A DNA stretch of 64,000 nt from Balanoglossus misakiensis (Eukaryota; Animalia; Hemichordata), in assembly GCA_040954595.2 (NCBI GenBank), contig CM082580.2, positions 12,290,909 to 12,354,908 on the forward strand, in the 5' to 3' direction. The notes under the pieces are model-generated. The model saw only the letters and a list, made by a program, of their open reading frames with translations, was not told the DNA's origin and did no database searches. Below, in pieces: positions 1 through 13,903 of this stretch. Positions within the stretch are counted from its first letter, which is position 1. Every line of letters starts with the position of its first letter. The position numbers and the translations under genes were made by a program.

Positions 1-126
1 TGGGGAAAGAACACTAAATGAAGCTTAGAATCAACTACTCAACCCACCACGCAATCAATGAATCAGTCAACCAACTTACATGTACAAGGCAATAACCCAC
101 CACAACTAAACAATACATGTACTTAC

Positions 127-3100
127 TGGTATCGTTTGGGATTTACCCATGATAGATGCCAACTGCTTGGCTGCTGATGACATACTGCTTTCCGTGGCAA
201 CCAGAGCCTGAGGCCCCGCCCCTGACTGTGGTGTGCATGGTAACACTGCATTGGACAGTTGTCGACATAACGGACATGTGAATTCTCCCCGGTCAACTGC
301 TAGGTTTTGTGTCATATGAATCTGTTCTGTCTGCAAGAAAAAAACAAACAAAGAAATTTACAGTCAACATTAGTTTGCACATCTCATCCACAAGTCAGAA
401 AATTTCTCACGAATCTTTCAGCTCAGGTGGAGATGTCATTTACTGTATATTCACAAACTTGCTTCTCAATTTCTTGAATGGTGGGGTCCAGTTAACCAAA
501 GGCAAAATAAATTGATCGCATGGACGACTTACCCGAAGTGACTGTAGATAGGACTTATGACACTGTAAATGAAGATAGTGACCACAGGTCTGGGCGTGTA
601 CTCCTCCTTCCCAACCAATACTCACTGCTTGCAAACAGGATGCCTGTAAGACAGAGGTCAACAGAAACAAACACGCACTGAATAAGGTATAATTGTTTTT
701 CAGTAAAATACAAGACATCTCAGAGGGATAAAATTTTCACAGAGATACCTTCACAGAAAGCCATCACTGCCAATATTTCTAGATGGTGCAACCACTGATA
801 CTCACATCATCAAAATACTTCTGTAATGTGCTGAGTCTGACATCATGTACAGCACTGCAAAGATTGCCCTGGTACAATGTCATGCCGTCACTAACCGGCA
901 ATTGACAGCAAGCCGGGTTCTGCGACCTATGACCTAACACTGGAATCAAACAAACACAGGAAATCTTGAAATCAGTACCATGAAATGCAAACTGCTCAAA
1001 AACCCTCAACTGATTTTAAACTAAAGTGCATAAAAGACCAATCATCAGCATTGACACTCACCACTTGTGGCTTGTAATAGGACGACCATACCCATTGGAC
1101 TGTGTTCAGTTGACGGCGAACTCTGCCCACAAATGACACAATCATACTCTTCCGCTGACGCCTGGGCTTCAACTTTGACCTTTGACTCTTCTTCTGAGCC
1201 TGCACTGTCATCCATTACTGCAATAAAATACAGAAGTCAGTCTTTATGAGATACAACCCATGTTGCACAATCTGTCTTTCTATTTCCAAGATTAGAACAC
1301 AAGCAAACATTGGCCACAGTGAAGTAGTAGGTGATCACATCTAAGTAAGTTACAAGGGTTTCACATACTCACCATCAGATTCCAAGGCCTGCTCCATGAA
1401 TTTCTTCTGTCTCGACGCAAACTGAGCCAATAACTTTTGCTGTCTTTCGCGGGCTTTTCTCCTCCTACATGAGACAAGAAGCAAGTTAATGTGACTTTCC
1501 ATCTAACAAGACCGACAACGCCAGGCCAACACTGGACAAAAACGCCAAAAGGCAAGAATCTCTGAGGGTATTTTTACCTTTCACTTATTGAGTCTTGCTC
1601 ACCACCATCACTGCCATCTGGAGTGTCACTGACATGACAGATCTCTTCCAAGAGTCTGTTTGCTTCCGAGCTCAGTCGGGCTACCTTATCAAGAAAGAGT
1701 TTGATATAGTACGGCCCGTCTCCCACCCTCACCCCGCTCACTCTGTAGTCCTTCTTTGCTTTTGACGGCGGTTTGTAAGAGTTCTCCTTGCCCGAGAGTC
1801 TGCAGTATAATTTGACGAGCAGACTGAGAATGCTTTCGTTCACTTGTATGACCTCTGTTGAACTTGAGGCACTGCTGGGGGTGGGCGTTGTCTGGGACAA
1901 CTTGGGTATGGCACCCGCTCCCGCACTGGAAGCTGAATACTGAGTGGGCGTTGGTGCCGGGGCCTGCATAGTTGTGGGTGCGTGGGTGGTCGTCGATGAC
2001 GCAGTGCTGTGGCTGTCTGCGTCCCCTTCCCCTGTATCCATGGTATCCTCCTCACTACTGCTGTCTTCTATGTCGTCCGTATTGGTGCCCTGAGTGTTGA
2101 CGTTTCCCTGCGCCACTGCGTCGGTGACCAGCCCTGCCCCGCCCGCCAACAGACCGGCTGAAGACACCAGAACGAAGACTTCGTCGTTCATTAATGAACT
2201 CAAAAGCTGATCTGCATTCGCTTTGGCACTCGCCTGCAAAGGTACGAAAAAAATCAAGTTGTATGTACAATTTGAAAAAGTAGAACTTTCAGACAGAGAG
2301 AAATCATTAAATACAGGGTAAAATATCGTTTCATACTTTTACTACAGTAAGCTGTCAACCTTTTTACCCACAATGCAGTTATAGTACATGTAGTGTGATT
2401 TGACCCCCTCGCACTAAGTAAAAACTTATTTATGGTAGAAAAAAAACTGTAACGTAGCAAGGGTTTATATTATATTATGCATTGCTATGAATGGTGGTAA
2501 GAATTGTCCAGTAGGATAAGCTTACACTTACAACATTTGGTCGTGTTGCTTCTACCCATTTTGGCACAACAGCTTCCTTGATGGTTTGTCTCAGGTTTGG
2601 CAAAATGTAGTCATGGGAGAACCAATCTTTAAACTGCTTATCAAGAACCCTGTCTAGAACTTCAGTTCTCTGTAAATATTATGAGACAATAAACAAAGTT
2701 ACATGTCTGGAGAAATGGGTTAAACGCTATCATATGTGTGGCCTTGGAACGTACTGTAATGATGTGCAACAAATAAATACCTTTTCCATTTGAAAGCTTG
2801 GGCAATCAACTGCCATGTCCAGTAACATCAACGCCAGATAAATGGGAGGTTCTGGAATTGATTTGTTGTGGAAAGCCTGTTGTGAGAACGAAGAGGAAGA
2901 AAGTCAATTTGTGAAGTACACTAGTAAATAGTATAAGGCTAGTAGCTGGTGTGGACGTTTTCATTTGAATGATCTCTTTCTTTGTTTGATTGGCAAGACA
3001 AATAAATCCTTCAGAGGCAAACAACTCGCATGTACTATGCCATGTCTGACAATTTCAAAAAGGTAGTCACATCCGGGTTTTGTTGGCAAGCCGTAGAATT

Positions 3101-6100
3101 TGAATTGTGGGAAATCGTGCCTGTGGATGTAAAGCTGTGTATAAGATTAAGCAACAGCAATTCTATCAGCATACAATTGTATCATAGTACAGCTCACCTT
3201 GTAGAGTATTGTGAACAGAATGCCGTGTAGCGTTCTACAGTGTAGCACTCGTCTAAGACCTGCAAATTCTTTATTGATGATTTTCAGCGCCTGGAATGGA
3301 GGCCAAGGGGAGCCTGCACCACTAAATCTGTTTGTATTCTTCATGCTGAAATAACAGAAGGGGGGGGGGAAGGGTTAAAATTCTGCTCCTACACTTAATT
3401 CCCTGCGGGCACAACTCGCATTTCGCAACCAGCACGGTGAGATTATTAAATCATTTCTAACAGCTGCAGACACATAAATTCAGTCAGGCAGTTAAATTTG
3501 CGATAAATTATAATGTGGTCTTTGAAAATACTTAGGGTGTGGTTTGATCCCTGCCATTTTCAGATGACACCAAATTCTACGAATCTGATCTAAATTATTT
3601 AATAATATTGAACAGCTGTAGATTAATTTGTTTTATTCTAATAATTTATCTTCTTAAAATCACAGTATTGTTTTCTGATAGAATGTATTGGAGTGATTGT
3701 GATATACAGAAAAGAAACAGCCCCACCCCACCACAGACTATCACACAAATGGTTCATTTGCAGAACCCACTTGTTTTGGGCCCCTATATTAAACGAACAG
3801 TTCCAACTTTTCATCTTTCCCACGGGCTACGATCAAAGCCTGCAGGTAACACCAAGCCATCACATTACCCTTTCACCACAAATGGTTCAGTCCAAACCCA
3901 TTGTTTTCTATAGTACAGTTGGACCTCTGAACAGGGACCTGGGGAAGAATGCAAACTCGGCACTACTTACAATGCTGTATATCTATCCATTGCACTTTGT
4001 ATGTCTCTCTTGTGTACAGCTCTGAGTGTGACATGCAGTGGGTCATAATGCTTCTCCCACACTTCAGCCTTGGGAGTGTACATGCCTTGTTGCATGGCAC
4101 CAGCCTCAAATACGGGCTCCTTGTAGTCAGAGACCTGTCAAGAATTTAGAACATGTACCCCTGTGAAAAGCATGGTAAAACAGGGGGACACCAAAGTCCT
4201 TTGCACAAATATTGAAAAACAAATGTCAGTACAATGGGCATATATACATACAGCTGCCTAGCAAAAATACGTAAATTTTGATCGACCAAATGAATGCAAT
4301 GTTGTTTTAGCTGCCACAGTAATGTTATCTGTTCAACATGTAATTCACTATTCAGTTAATAGAATGATACAAAGTTGAGTTTCCCCATACTTTGTCTCCA
4401 TCACACACACACAAAACCCAGGAAGTTTTTTCTACAAAAGTAAGGTGTGTTCCCATTACGTGTTTGAGAATTGTTTCAAAATCCTTCTCAGGTCCTGTGA
4501 GTCCAGTCTTGTCTGGGACGAGGTCTATCAGCTGACTGTGCGTTCTATCACGGGCACACAACTGCGTTACGATCTCTCCTTGTAAGATCTCCTTATCTGA
4601 AAGACCTGCAAGCAGAAACATATGCATCCCGTGAGATGTACATCACAGAACAGCTTTTATTCAAAACATCAGCCACTATTTCTCATTCACAATAAAAACA
4701 AACCAACACAGGCTGGCAGAAAATGACAAGGTCACAAGCTCTGAGTACCACGTAATCAGTATCTCAATGAATAAGTAAAGGGGTTCAGTTCTCACCTAGA
4801 AGTTGCCGATTATTCATCAGTACAGCCAAATGTGTTAGGGCGCCCTCTAGCATGGGCATTTCCCGGTCACTCTCCAGGTGCGAATTCCGGTGTTTGGGGG
4901 CGAACGTCAGCCAGTCCATGATGGAGAATCTCTCGAATATCTTGCTGATGAAGTAGTCGGGATCCAACTGTGACCCGCAGAGCTAGAGTGAATCATAAAA
5001 GAGCAGATAACATTGAGTGATCAACCTGATATGGACCATAATACCTGTTTATTGCATTTGCACCTGCTGTGTTTGTGATTTCAGCGAGCGAATGAGAGTG
5101 AATTCTTGACACGGTCAAGTATCCCATGCTCTTGAATACCAGACAGAATCAGTTAAACTATATCTAGTCCAGCTGCTGAGTTTAATGTTCTGAAATTCAG
5201 AAGGTTATTTGTTACAACTTCTGGAACAGGAAAACAAGTGTAGTCATCTAGAGAAAGCCCTTTAATGCACCCCCCCCCCCCTTCCACCCATCATTACGCC
5301 TATGCCATTATGAAACTATTGTACTTTCTTTGTGTGCAAATTAGAACTCAAAACATTGGATGTTTGTGTTCTGCAGCAAATAATGGGAACTCATTATAAA
5401 AGGTATGCTGCATAATGGTATCGAAGGCTGGAATTTATAAGTCCGGAAATGAACAGATCAGAAAAGCCACTATAAGTGCAGATATGCTGACAGGGTCGGG
5501 CACCCATTGCAATAGGGACTCCATCATTCATCATAACCACTGACCCTTTCAAACACTTCTCAGAGAATAGTAATCGATGAGGCATCAACTCGATCACTGA
5601 CCCTGTCTCATCAAATATGAATATAACACTTTAAGCACACAACTGCACTCATACAAATTAAAAAACAGAGTTATGACAGAAAAATGAATGATTAATAATC
5701 CATCAATCAATCATTGATTGATCTGGTTGAATGATTCTTCCATAACAAATAGTAACTCATTAAAAAAATAGTAATTCATCTTCATCAACACTATTGACCT
5801 CCTTAAAACATTTTTCCCACCGACAATAAATTGATGAGGCATAGAAAACATTACTGCCCTTGTTCACACTCATTTAAATTACACCAAATATGAATTGAAT
5901 GTGCGCCTGTGTTATTTAAAAAAAATAAAAATCAACAAATATGCAAATCAACCAATATATTTTTAAAACGCCATTTAAATTGATGCAATCCTGTTGTGAG
6001 GTCTTCACCATATCTGCAGCAAGTTACATCATTTTGAGACAAAAATTTTAGATGTATTGCTAGTTACAAAAGTTCATTAATTATGCATATTTACAATTGA

Positions 6101-9100
6101 AACTGTTCATCCATTGTTGATTCTTAGTTGGTTGTTGACTGATGTATGGTCGGTCTCAAACTTCATCTGTCACACTACAATTAACTTGTACCACACTTGT
6201 AAACTCTTGTTAATTAAAAACATGACTTTGACAGACTCACCTGAAGTAGAAAGATGTCTGGATCAATCATAGAATTACAGAAATGACTTTGGGCATAGGT
6301 CATCGCTTGACCCCTGATCTGAAGTCCATTCCGTGCCCACATGCCACAGTGTATTTCGCAGTTGGCGACCTGAGAAAAAAAGCCATAGCTAATGTACATG
6401 GGCTGTTGCCATTTATTATTTACATAATGATCACATGATCAATAACTTAAAATCCTCCTACAAGTTCTACATCAGTTCTTGATTCTGTACAAGGAAGAAA
6501 GTTGAGGGTAAAATCACAATAAAACAATAAAATAAAACTCATTCAGAGGGTAAGATTTTGTATAATGTGTGAAATCTTTCCTCAAATCTGGATGAATTCA
6601 TTCCAGAAAGTATGTGAGAATGATGTAGAGTGTGGCTTCACATGAACGGCAGAAGATATTATGAGTGGATAGTAGAAAGACTGTGACAGCGTTGTCACTG
6701 AGAGTGATAAAAAAGCAATGATCTCAGTACACACACATTACAGTTTCTCCCCACGTAGAGTAAGACTTTAATAAACTAAGTGCATCAAAGCCTTCTGCAA
6801 CATAAATGAACACCACAAATGTAGTAAAGCTGAACTCAAGGCTACCTTGCTTTGAAAATATCACATTTCTGATACATAAACTTTACCTACGAGAGTAATA
6901 AACCGCTGTTTAGCTCACCTGTATTGCCAGTGGATGAACCATTAACTTTTTCAAGAAATCCTCGGAGAGGTTGAAGTATTGAATTTTAGCCTCTTGTTTT
7001 CTGATTGCCTGAAAATAATAGCATATACATATAATGTATGATTTATCTCAAATCTTCTGAGTCAATTGTACTTTTTCTCACTTCCGAAGCTCTTATGGGC
7101 ATTTCATCTGCTGGACCAGGTTTAATAATTTGCTATGAAATATAGCTGCATCTCAGCATATGACAGAACTAATTTCAATAAAATTCAACACACCATCAAT
7201 CACAATTCATTAGGCACTCATGTGCAGGAAATTCCACAAACTTTTGTCAAATTAAAAGTAGGCAATATTTCATTGAAAGTGTTACTTCTACCACTCAATG
7301 TTCAATTTCTCTGAAAATGTACAGGGAATTGATCATAAAAACAGATTCAAAAGAAAGACCATGTCAAACCTTAATTTGTAGTTCATTTTTTATCATCACA
7401 ATGATTACATCATCAATTTCACAAAGAATCTCATTTTACGGGAGAAGAGGGAGTCAACACTATAATGAAGCAATTGCATTTCTCAAAAGAAATTCATTTT
7501 TATGATTGATGGCACAAACTTTTTGTCAGCAAAGATCAGCGAAACTACAACCTAGTAGTATTCAAACGCAATTGTATGTCTAAAACTTTGGCATTTAAAA
7601 TCTGATGATGAACGAAATCATTACATATATGCATATTTGTAATTCCTCAAATAACTACATCTGAATTTGTACTCTAAAGTTTGCTTTTCAGAATAGGAAT
7701 AGGAAGAGTTCACATACATGTATCTCCAGTAACAGTTTGGTGTTTAAGAACAGTTCTTTAATTAACACTACTACCACTGAGGCATAACCTGATATACCCT
7801 GGACAGCAATGAAGTTCACCCACCCACAATGTCCGTGATAACAGCAACATGTACTGCACGTAGAGTTTTCAAATGTCACTTACTTGGCTCAACAATACGG
7901 CCAGATATCGGTGAAGCGGCAGGTGGAAGGATATCTGATATGGATTCGGGTTGTCAGACACGTTGAGAGCGTCAAACCAGTCTTGCAGATGAATCATGCA
8001 CACTTCAAGCAAAGACTTGGAAAGATCTATCGATTCCTACAAAAACGAGTAACACACTTGACATGTCAAAAATAGATGCATATTACAAGCATGATTATTT
8101 TGATATTTGAATCAAACAATTTTCTCAAGCAGAATACATGTATCTATATTTTAAAATACTGATCAATAAATTCCCTTGAAGCCATAAAAGCAGGAAAAGG
8201 AAGCTGCAATATAAATCTCTGCTCGATGCATAGCCAACGGAGCTCAAATATTCCAGGCATGATTACACTAAGATTGAACATGAATAGTCGATCAGACGTC
8301 TGTCCTCTGAACAGGTGGAACACTTTTAAGCTGGCAAAGAGTGACGAATTACAACACTCCTATCTTGACATTTACAACAGGATGCACTTATCTCTCCCAG
8401 CTCAAGTCATTAATCTATAAGATGATTTTATTTCCATTTTTCACAAGCCATGACCACAACTGGAAATCTTGAATTCTTCTCCCTTCTTTTGCTGTCACTG
8501 TGGTGTCATGATGAGATCCCTCCAAAACACTTACCTTGGTTTTACAGTGCGATGCCATCTGCCACAAGGGGGCAGCACAAGCTTCAAGTTCAGTGGAAAA
8601 GGCGGCATAGTACGTGTTGGGTTCAAACTCCACGTGCTGGCTTAGTTCTCTGATGTTAAGATTCATTCCTATGAAAGTGACATGACATAATGGTGAGGCT
8701 AGCAATTGATAAAGGAACCTCTATAAACCAGAAAACAAACAATTTCTTCGGTCCCTTTGGAGCACAGAGATCACCCCTGAACAATAACTCTTTCAGGCTA
8801 TAAATCATTCACCTGCAAAATAGGACAGAAAGACCATCCAGTACTTGAGAAGTGTCTGATCCTTCAGAAACCGTTCTGCTACTTGTCTGTGCGAGAGAAC
8901 GTTGATCAGGTCACTGACTATCGGCCAGTAGCAGTTATATACCAGAGTACGGTGCGCGCAGTTGACAACCATGTGAAAGTTCTGATCAGGTTCTATGGTT
9001 TAAAAAGAAGAAGAGACAAAAATTATCACCATTGTGTTTGTATACTCATACACCAATGCTGTGAACACAAATGCGGTATTTGAACTACATGTACATGTAT

Positions 9101-12100
9101 GGGTCTTGTATCATGTGTATGCAACTCAAAACAGTCTTCAAAAAAGTTTAAGTGACATTTTCAAATACCACACTTCCGGTACATGAATACATGCGTACAG
9201 TGAACATAGCTGACTGGCAATGGGTGATCAGCCATGTAAACATAAATGTAGGCACAATATGGTGCCTTTAATTCACAATGTAAAGTGAAATTAGTTGCTG
9301 TTATGGGATGGCATAACACCTGGGATTTTCCACCAAATAATTTACAACATGGTCGACGTTACAGAGAGCGCCCTCTGGGGACATATCCTTCAGCCCAGTT
9401 TCCGAGCTAAAACAAGCAAACACTACAAATTAAAACAGATCATCTGTCAGTGTCATACTCCACCCAGATGTGCAACCCGCAGAAAAATCACATGCTTGTT
9501 AATGTTTCCCAACTGAGAACAAAGAGATCACCAAAGTGATTTTTGCATCCTTTGTTGTTTGTGACTGGTATTGTTCATATCAGTGGCTAATTTTGTGAAC
9601 AACTAATCCCTATGACAACATATAGGCCAGAGTACATGTGTGGTACAGTTGCAATTTTACAATATCACCATGAAGATGTCCAGTACATGTACATGCATAG
9701 ACAACTGTCATTATCTACTGATGTACATTATTGATGGCTGCCTTCAGCAATAGGTTTGAGATGTTTACATGTAGATGGAAAATATATCATGATAGACATT
9801 AACGTGTGTATTTAAATGACAAAAAATGTGATTGTGTAGTAGTTCTTTCCACAGTTTTTTATAATCATTGACATAATTGGCAGAGTCGACTTTCCAGGAG
9901 TGTACAAACCATATTTCTAGGATCATTTCTAACTTGTTTTGAAAACTTCTAAGAAATTTTACTTAGGTCTAAGATCTCAAATATTCATACACAATGCTAT
10001 GTGGTATAGGCTGCACAACATAATGTATGGCTATTGCATCAAGCCGGTATTTACAGTACAATCAGACATCAACTGAATTTGCTTTAATGAGTTTTTGATC
10101 AATTTCTGTTTGTGATCATCCTACAACTGTGGGTACAGTGACACAGGTGGCAATGGGCGATTGAAAAAGATTACCAATTCCTGGGTGGGCCCTACAGGAA
10201 GCGGTTTGTAAAGGTAAAATTAATTCCCATGACACCATCTGGCAACAATTTCAAACCGCCCGTAAAAAGCAAGGTGACCTTGCCAGCATCAATTATACAA
10301 AAGTATTCTATGCGTAGGTTCTATGCGGGAAGCAGGTGACATTCAGGACACCAATCCACACTGGGATTCCATTCTTCATCTTTCCAAGAACTGAACCCAA
10401 GAGAGGTAAACATTTCAACACTACATTCTGCTTGATGTCAATAACATTGCCAAAACATAACCACATGTATATACATCATAACAGTATTTCACTATTCTTT
10501 TATTGTTCATAATAAATCTTTTTACAGCCCTGATTGCATGCACGTATTGCACTACAGTTCGTATTGCACTCTAGGGCCATAAAGCAAACCATATGACCTC
10601 AGGTGCTAAAACTTAACAGGGCCATAAAAATGATCAACGGATGTCATCAGGAGAAGCTCAAACTAAGGTCAATCATGTTAATTAAACAGTATCATGCTGT
10701 ATCACTGTGACTGTACTACACACGAAATGAAAAAATTCCAGTCTGCTGAGATGAACAACCCCCCCCCCAAAAAAAAAAAGTATGCTCCAACAAAAAAATA
10801 GTGAGTTAATTATTATAAGGATAAGGTTATGATGCGTGTAGCAAAATGTTTACTCTAATATGCTGCAACCAAAGTATTTATTTCTCAATTTTTTTAAAAA
10901 CAACCAAACAGATGTTTCCAACATTCACAGTGACTGTACAGTTTTCAGCATTAATCATAACACTTATCAGTCAAATTTGTATCTTGTTATTGTGAATATA
11001 CTATTTTGGCAAAGCCATTAACCGAACCCTCTCAGCAAAGCTGATGGAAGATTAGGTTTAAAGGCCATTCTCTGAGTAATAAATTGAATTAGTCAAGGGC
11101 TTACCGCCTATTGTGCTTGGTATGAGAACATCATCTTCAATCATGTTTAGCAGTGATATAACCATGACATGTAACAGCTGCAACTCGTCTGTCATCTTGG
11201 TGGCCAGCGTCTCATTGCTGAAGAGCTGAACGCTGATGTGAACGACACGGTTGGAAAGTTTCTCCGGGTGTTCTGTGTCGGCCAATGCCACGGATACACG
11301 GCTGTAGTGCTGGACAAAGGCTTTGGTGAACGGTTCCTGCGAGCATTGACGAAACACAGCCCCCATCAAAAGATGGTACGTCACACAGTCTCATCAATGT
11401 GATCACTGACTCAGTATTTAACAAACTTCAGCACAACTGAAACTGGAGACTCATACCTAAAGCTGTGTTACCCCAAAGAACACCCGTCCCCACCCTTTCC
11501 CAATCCACTGCTTCACTCTCAATTCCTCCCCAATGTTGGATTTCTGGGCTACTTTTGAGCTTAGCAACCCCCACTCTCTAACATGCATATCCAGCTGGAC
11601 CACGTAAAACAATTTTCTTGCCAATATCATGTGACAGTCTCAAAGGACTGGATAATGAGGAGGAGGAATGACCTCAACTGCTTCTACGCTGACTAGATTT
11701 TCATGTCCAAAAATCTCCAAATACCGAAACTGCATTACTCACTTTGTAGTCATTGAAAGGTAGCATATTGAGTAGCAACGTGACCATCTTCTGGGGAAAT
11801 TCATACTTCACTGACCAAAACACCAGTTCTTCCAGAAAAGTCTTGTGTTGCAGTTGACTCTGTAGTGATGGACAGTCTGACGTGAAAACCAAAAATGCTC
11901 AAGAGATCAGATATATACATGTACTTTAATACACATCACTTCTGATTCCAATAATGAATTCCAAAATACCACATTGGAGATACGCATGTCTCACAGTGCC
12001 TCATGAAGAATAGGTACACAGGGTTCCTTGGCAGAAATTCACAGGTTTGACAACACACCTTTCAAGTGCCTTGGTATATTCTTTGGAACTTTCATACTTC

Positions 12101-13668
12101 TGATGGCTACCTGGTAATTGTCTTGATTCATATCTGCATAAGAGACCTTCCCTTTCTCTGCCTTGTACTTCTTGCTGGTGATGGAAACTGAAATCAGGGA
12201 AGATTTGTAAATATGACATGATGTATTGTGGGTTTATTGGAGACATATTGGACAAGCTGCAGGCGAATCCAATATGTCACTCACTCCCTGTGCAAGGAAA
12301 TACCACTGGGATGAAAAGGTAGAAGACTTACTGTCTGTAAGGTTCTTATAGAGCTGTGGATTTGTCAGTGCTGTTGTGAGTACGCCGTGCATAGCACCAC
12401 CCATCTTACATAGGTCATGAAACAACTCCAACATGCCCTCTGCTTCCTCACTTAGGTAGGCATCTACAAAGAAAATGTTCGTATTTTGTCATTGACACAT
12501 TTAACATAGAAATCACAAAATATTCTTGCACATCACTCTGAACAGATTTTCTCACCCTCACCTGACTTGCAGTTATCCCTAAGATGCTGAATCAACCTGA
12601 GTATAAGTCTGGGAACAATATTCTCCGCCATAATCAAGAGGTCGTTCGGTGCCTGTGGACATCTAATTGGTCTCTCAGGGCCATGCCTTGGACAGAACCT
12701 GAATGTCAGAACAAAGTATGAATGAGTATAATATTTATTAATTTAATTTGATATTTATTCATCTATTAATTTATTAGTCATTTATTTGATTGATTGATTG
12801 ATTGCTTCTTTATTTATTGTACCCTTCCCCCACACATCAAAAGGGCTGAGGGGCAGGAGACTGCCACACTTTCACTTTCAGTTATTGACACTATGACAGG
12901 ATCAAAACAAAAGGCATGTTTAATTTTTTTGTTAAATATGGGTTGATAAATTTATTTTCCATTTCAGGAAGCATCTATGGTGTATAATAGATGCACAAAG
13001 ATGCGGGATGTAAGAAAATATCAAGTTCATATGGAAAGTGGAAGAGACTGAAATATTGAGTTGACACTTCATTACCATGGCAACAACAGTAAACAGTGCT
13101 GTGCCTATACTTGCGGTTGCGTTTATTTCTTACATCAAAGATCGCTTACGGTTTTACTATTAAGAGGCTGTTTATCGACACTTGACAAGCCTGTCAATCA
13201 ACTACTCTTTGAAGAATTTATAACCAAACATAAACAAATTCCTCACCCGGCAGCGTGCATCACACTGATATCGCCACAATCACACGCGCCACCAGCCTGA
13301 CTCCGAAACATGTTGAAATCGTGTCCGGAATGATCACCACCCTGGAAACATTCGGCACACAGCGACATGCACGGGGATATTCCGCACGTCCTGCAGCGAT
13401 AGGCAACAAAATTTGAAGTCCAGACAAGACCACAAGTCGTAGCATTGTCATAGACACGGACTGTCTTTGAGAACTCGTTGAAAACCATACCACCTGCTAA
13501 CAGATAACGGCACCAATCAAGGGTGTCCCAATTGTCTAAAGGTTTCTGTGGATCTAACAAATTATCCAGAAGGTCGCTGAGTTGCTGCTGACCCCGGGAA
13601 CAGGCCAGCTGGGCCTTTAAATGGGCGGGGGCCCTATGTTTCCCGAGGTTTAGCAACGTATCCGCCAT
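127..13668 (-). CDS. UBR3: E3 ubiquitin-protein ligase UBR3 (N-recognin family); 23 coding exons in window, 3' part continues beyond the left edge
   Basis: Exons (minus, all GT-AG, phases consistent, 4104 nt = 1368 aa): 13668-13247, 12698-12562, 12463-12332, 12187-12059, 11876-11743, 11336-11105, 8992-8813, 8668-8535, 8036-7884, 7008-6919, 6369-6241, 4982-4796, 4605-4460, 4134-3971, 3345-3198, 2876-2781, 2669-2532, 2233-1578, 1464-1373, 1217-1062, 939-806, 643-533, 330-127. UBR box [59 protein letters not shown]3-typical segments [60 protein letters not shown] and [23 protein letters not shown]. Split RING-H2 [19 protein letters not shown]. Confidence 0.96.
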
Positions 13669-13701
13669 ATTGGATTCTCCATTGCAAAGGATTCTGGGAA
13701 G
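13662..13701 (-). promoter_or_regulatory. UBR3 proximal promoter motifs: Staf/ZNF143-like site and YY1-like motif over the start codon
   Basis: Minus strand CTTCCCAGAATCCTTTGCA (13701-13683) matches the Staf/ZNF143 consensus with one mismatch. CCAATATGGCGG (13673-13662) is a YY1-type motif spanning the ATG. Confidence 0.5.
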
Positions 13702-13843
13702 TGGCGATGTTCTTCTGTTTTTTCTGTTTCGCTCCATCACCTGTTTGCGTCACCGCAAAAATATCTGTATGAGTTTTTCATTTGTTTTATGTCATTATTA
13801 ATCAATAAATGGTTATTGGTGGTGACGGTGCTCATAAGCTTGA

Positions 13844-13903
13844 GAGGAGAGAGGGGGAGACAGAGAGGGGGAGAGAGAGACATACACACAGAGGCAGACA
13901 GAC
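13844..13903. repeat. GA/CA-rich simple repeat upstream of UBR3
   Basis: gaggagagagggggagacagagagggggagagagagacatacacacagaggcagacagac. Confidence 0.7.

Noticed and set aside
10543-10585. Two TATTGCACT copies resembling the miR-92 seed
   Set aside because: The 3' sequence does not match miR-92/25 family members and I see no pre-miRNA hairpin; it lies in a small repeat-like patch.
13669-13740. In-frame N-terminal extension of UBR3 (MERNRKNRR...)
   Set aside because: Overlaps promoter-type ZNF143/YY1 motifs, so it is probably upstream of or at the TSS; ATG 13668 has the better context.
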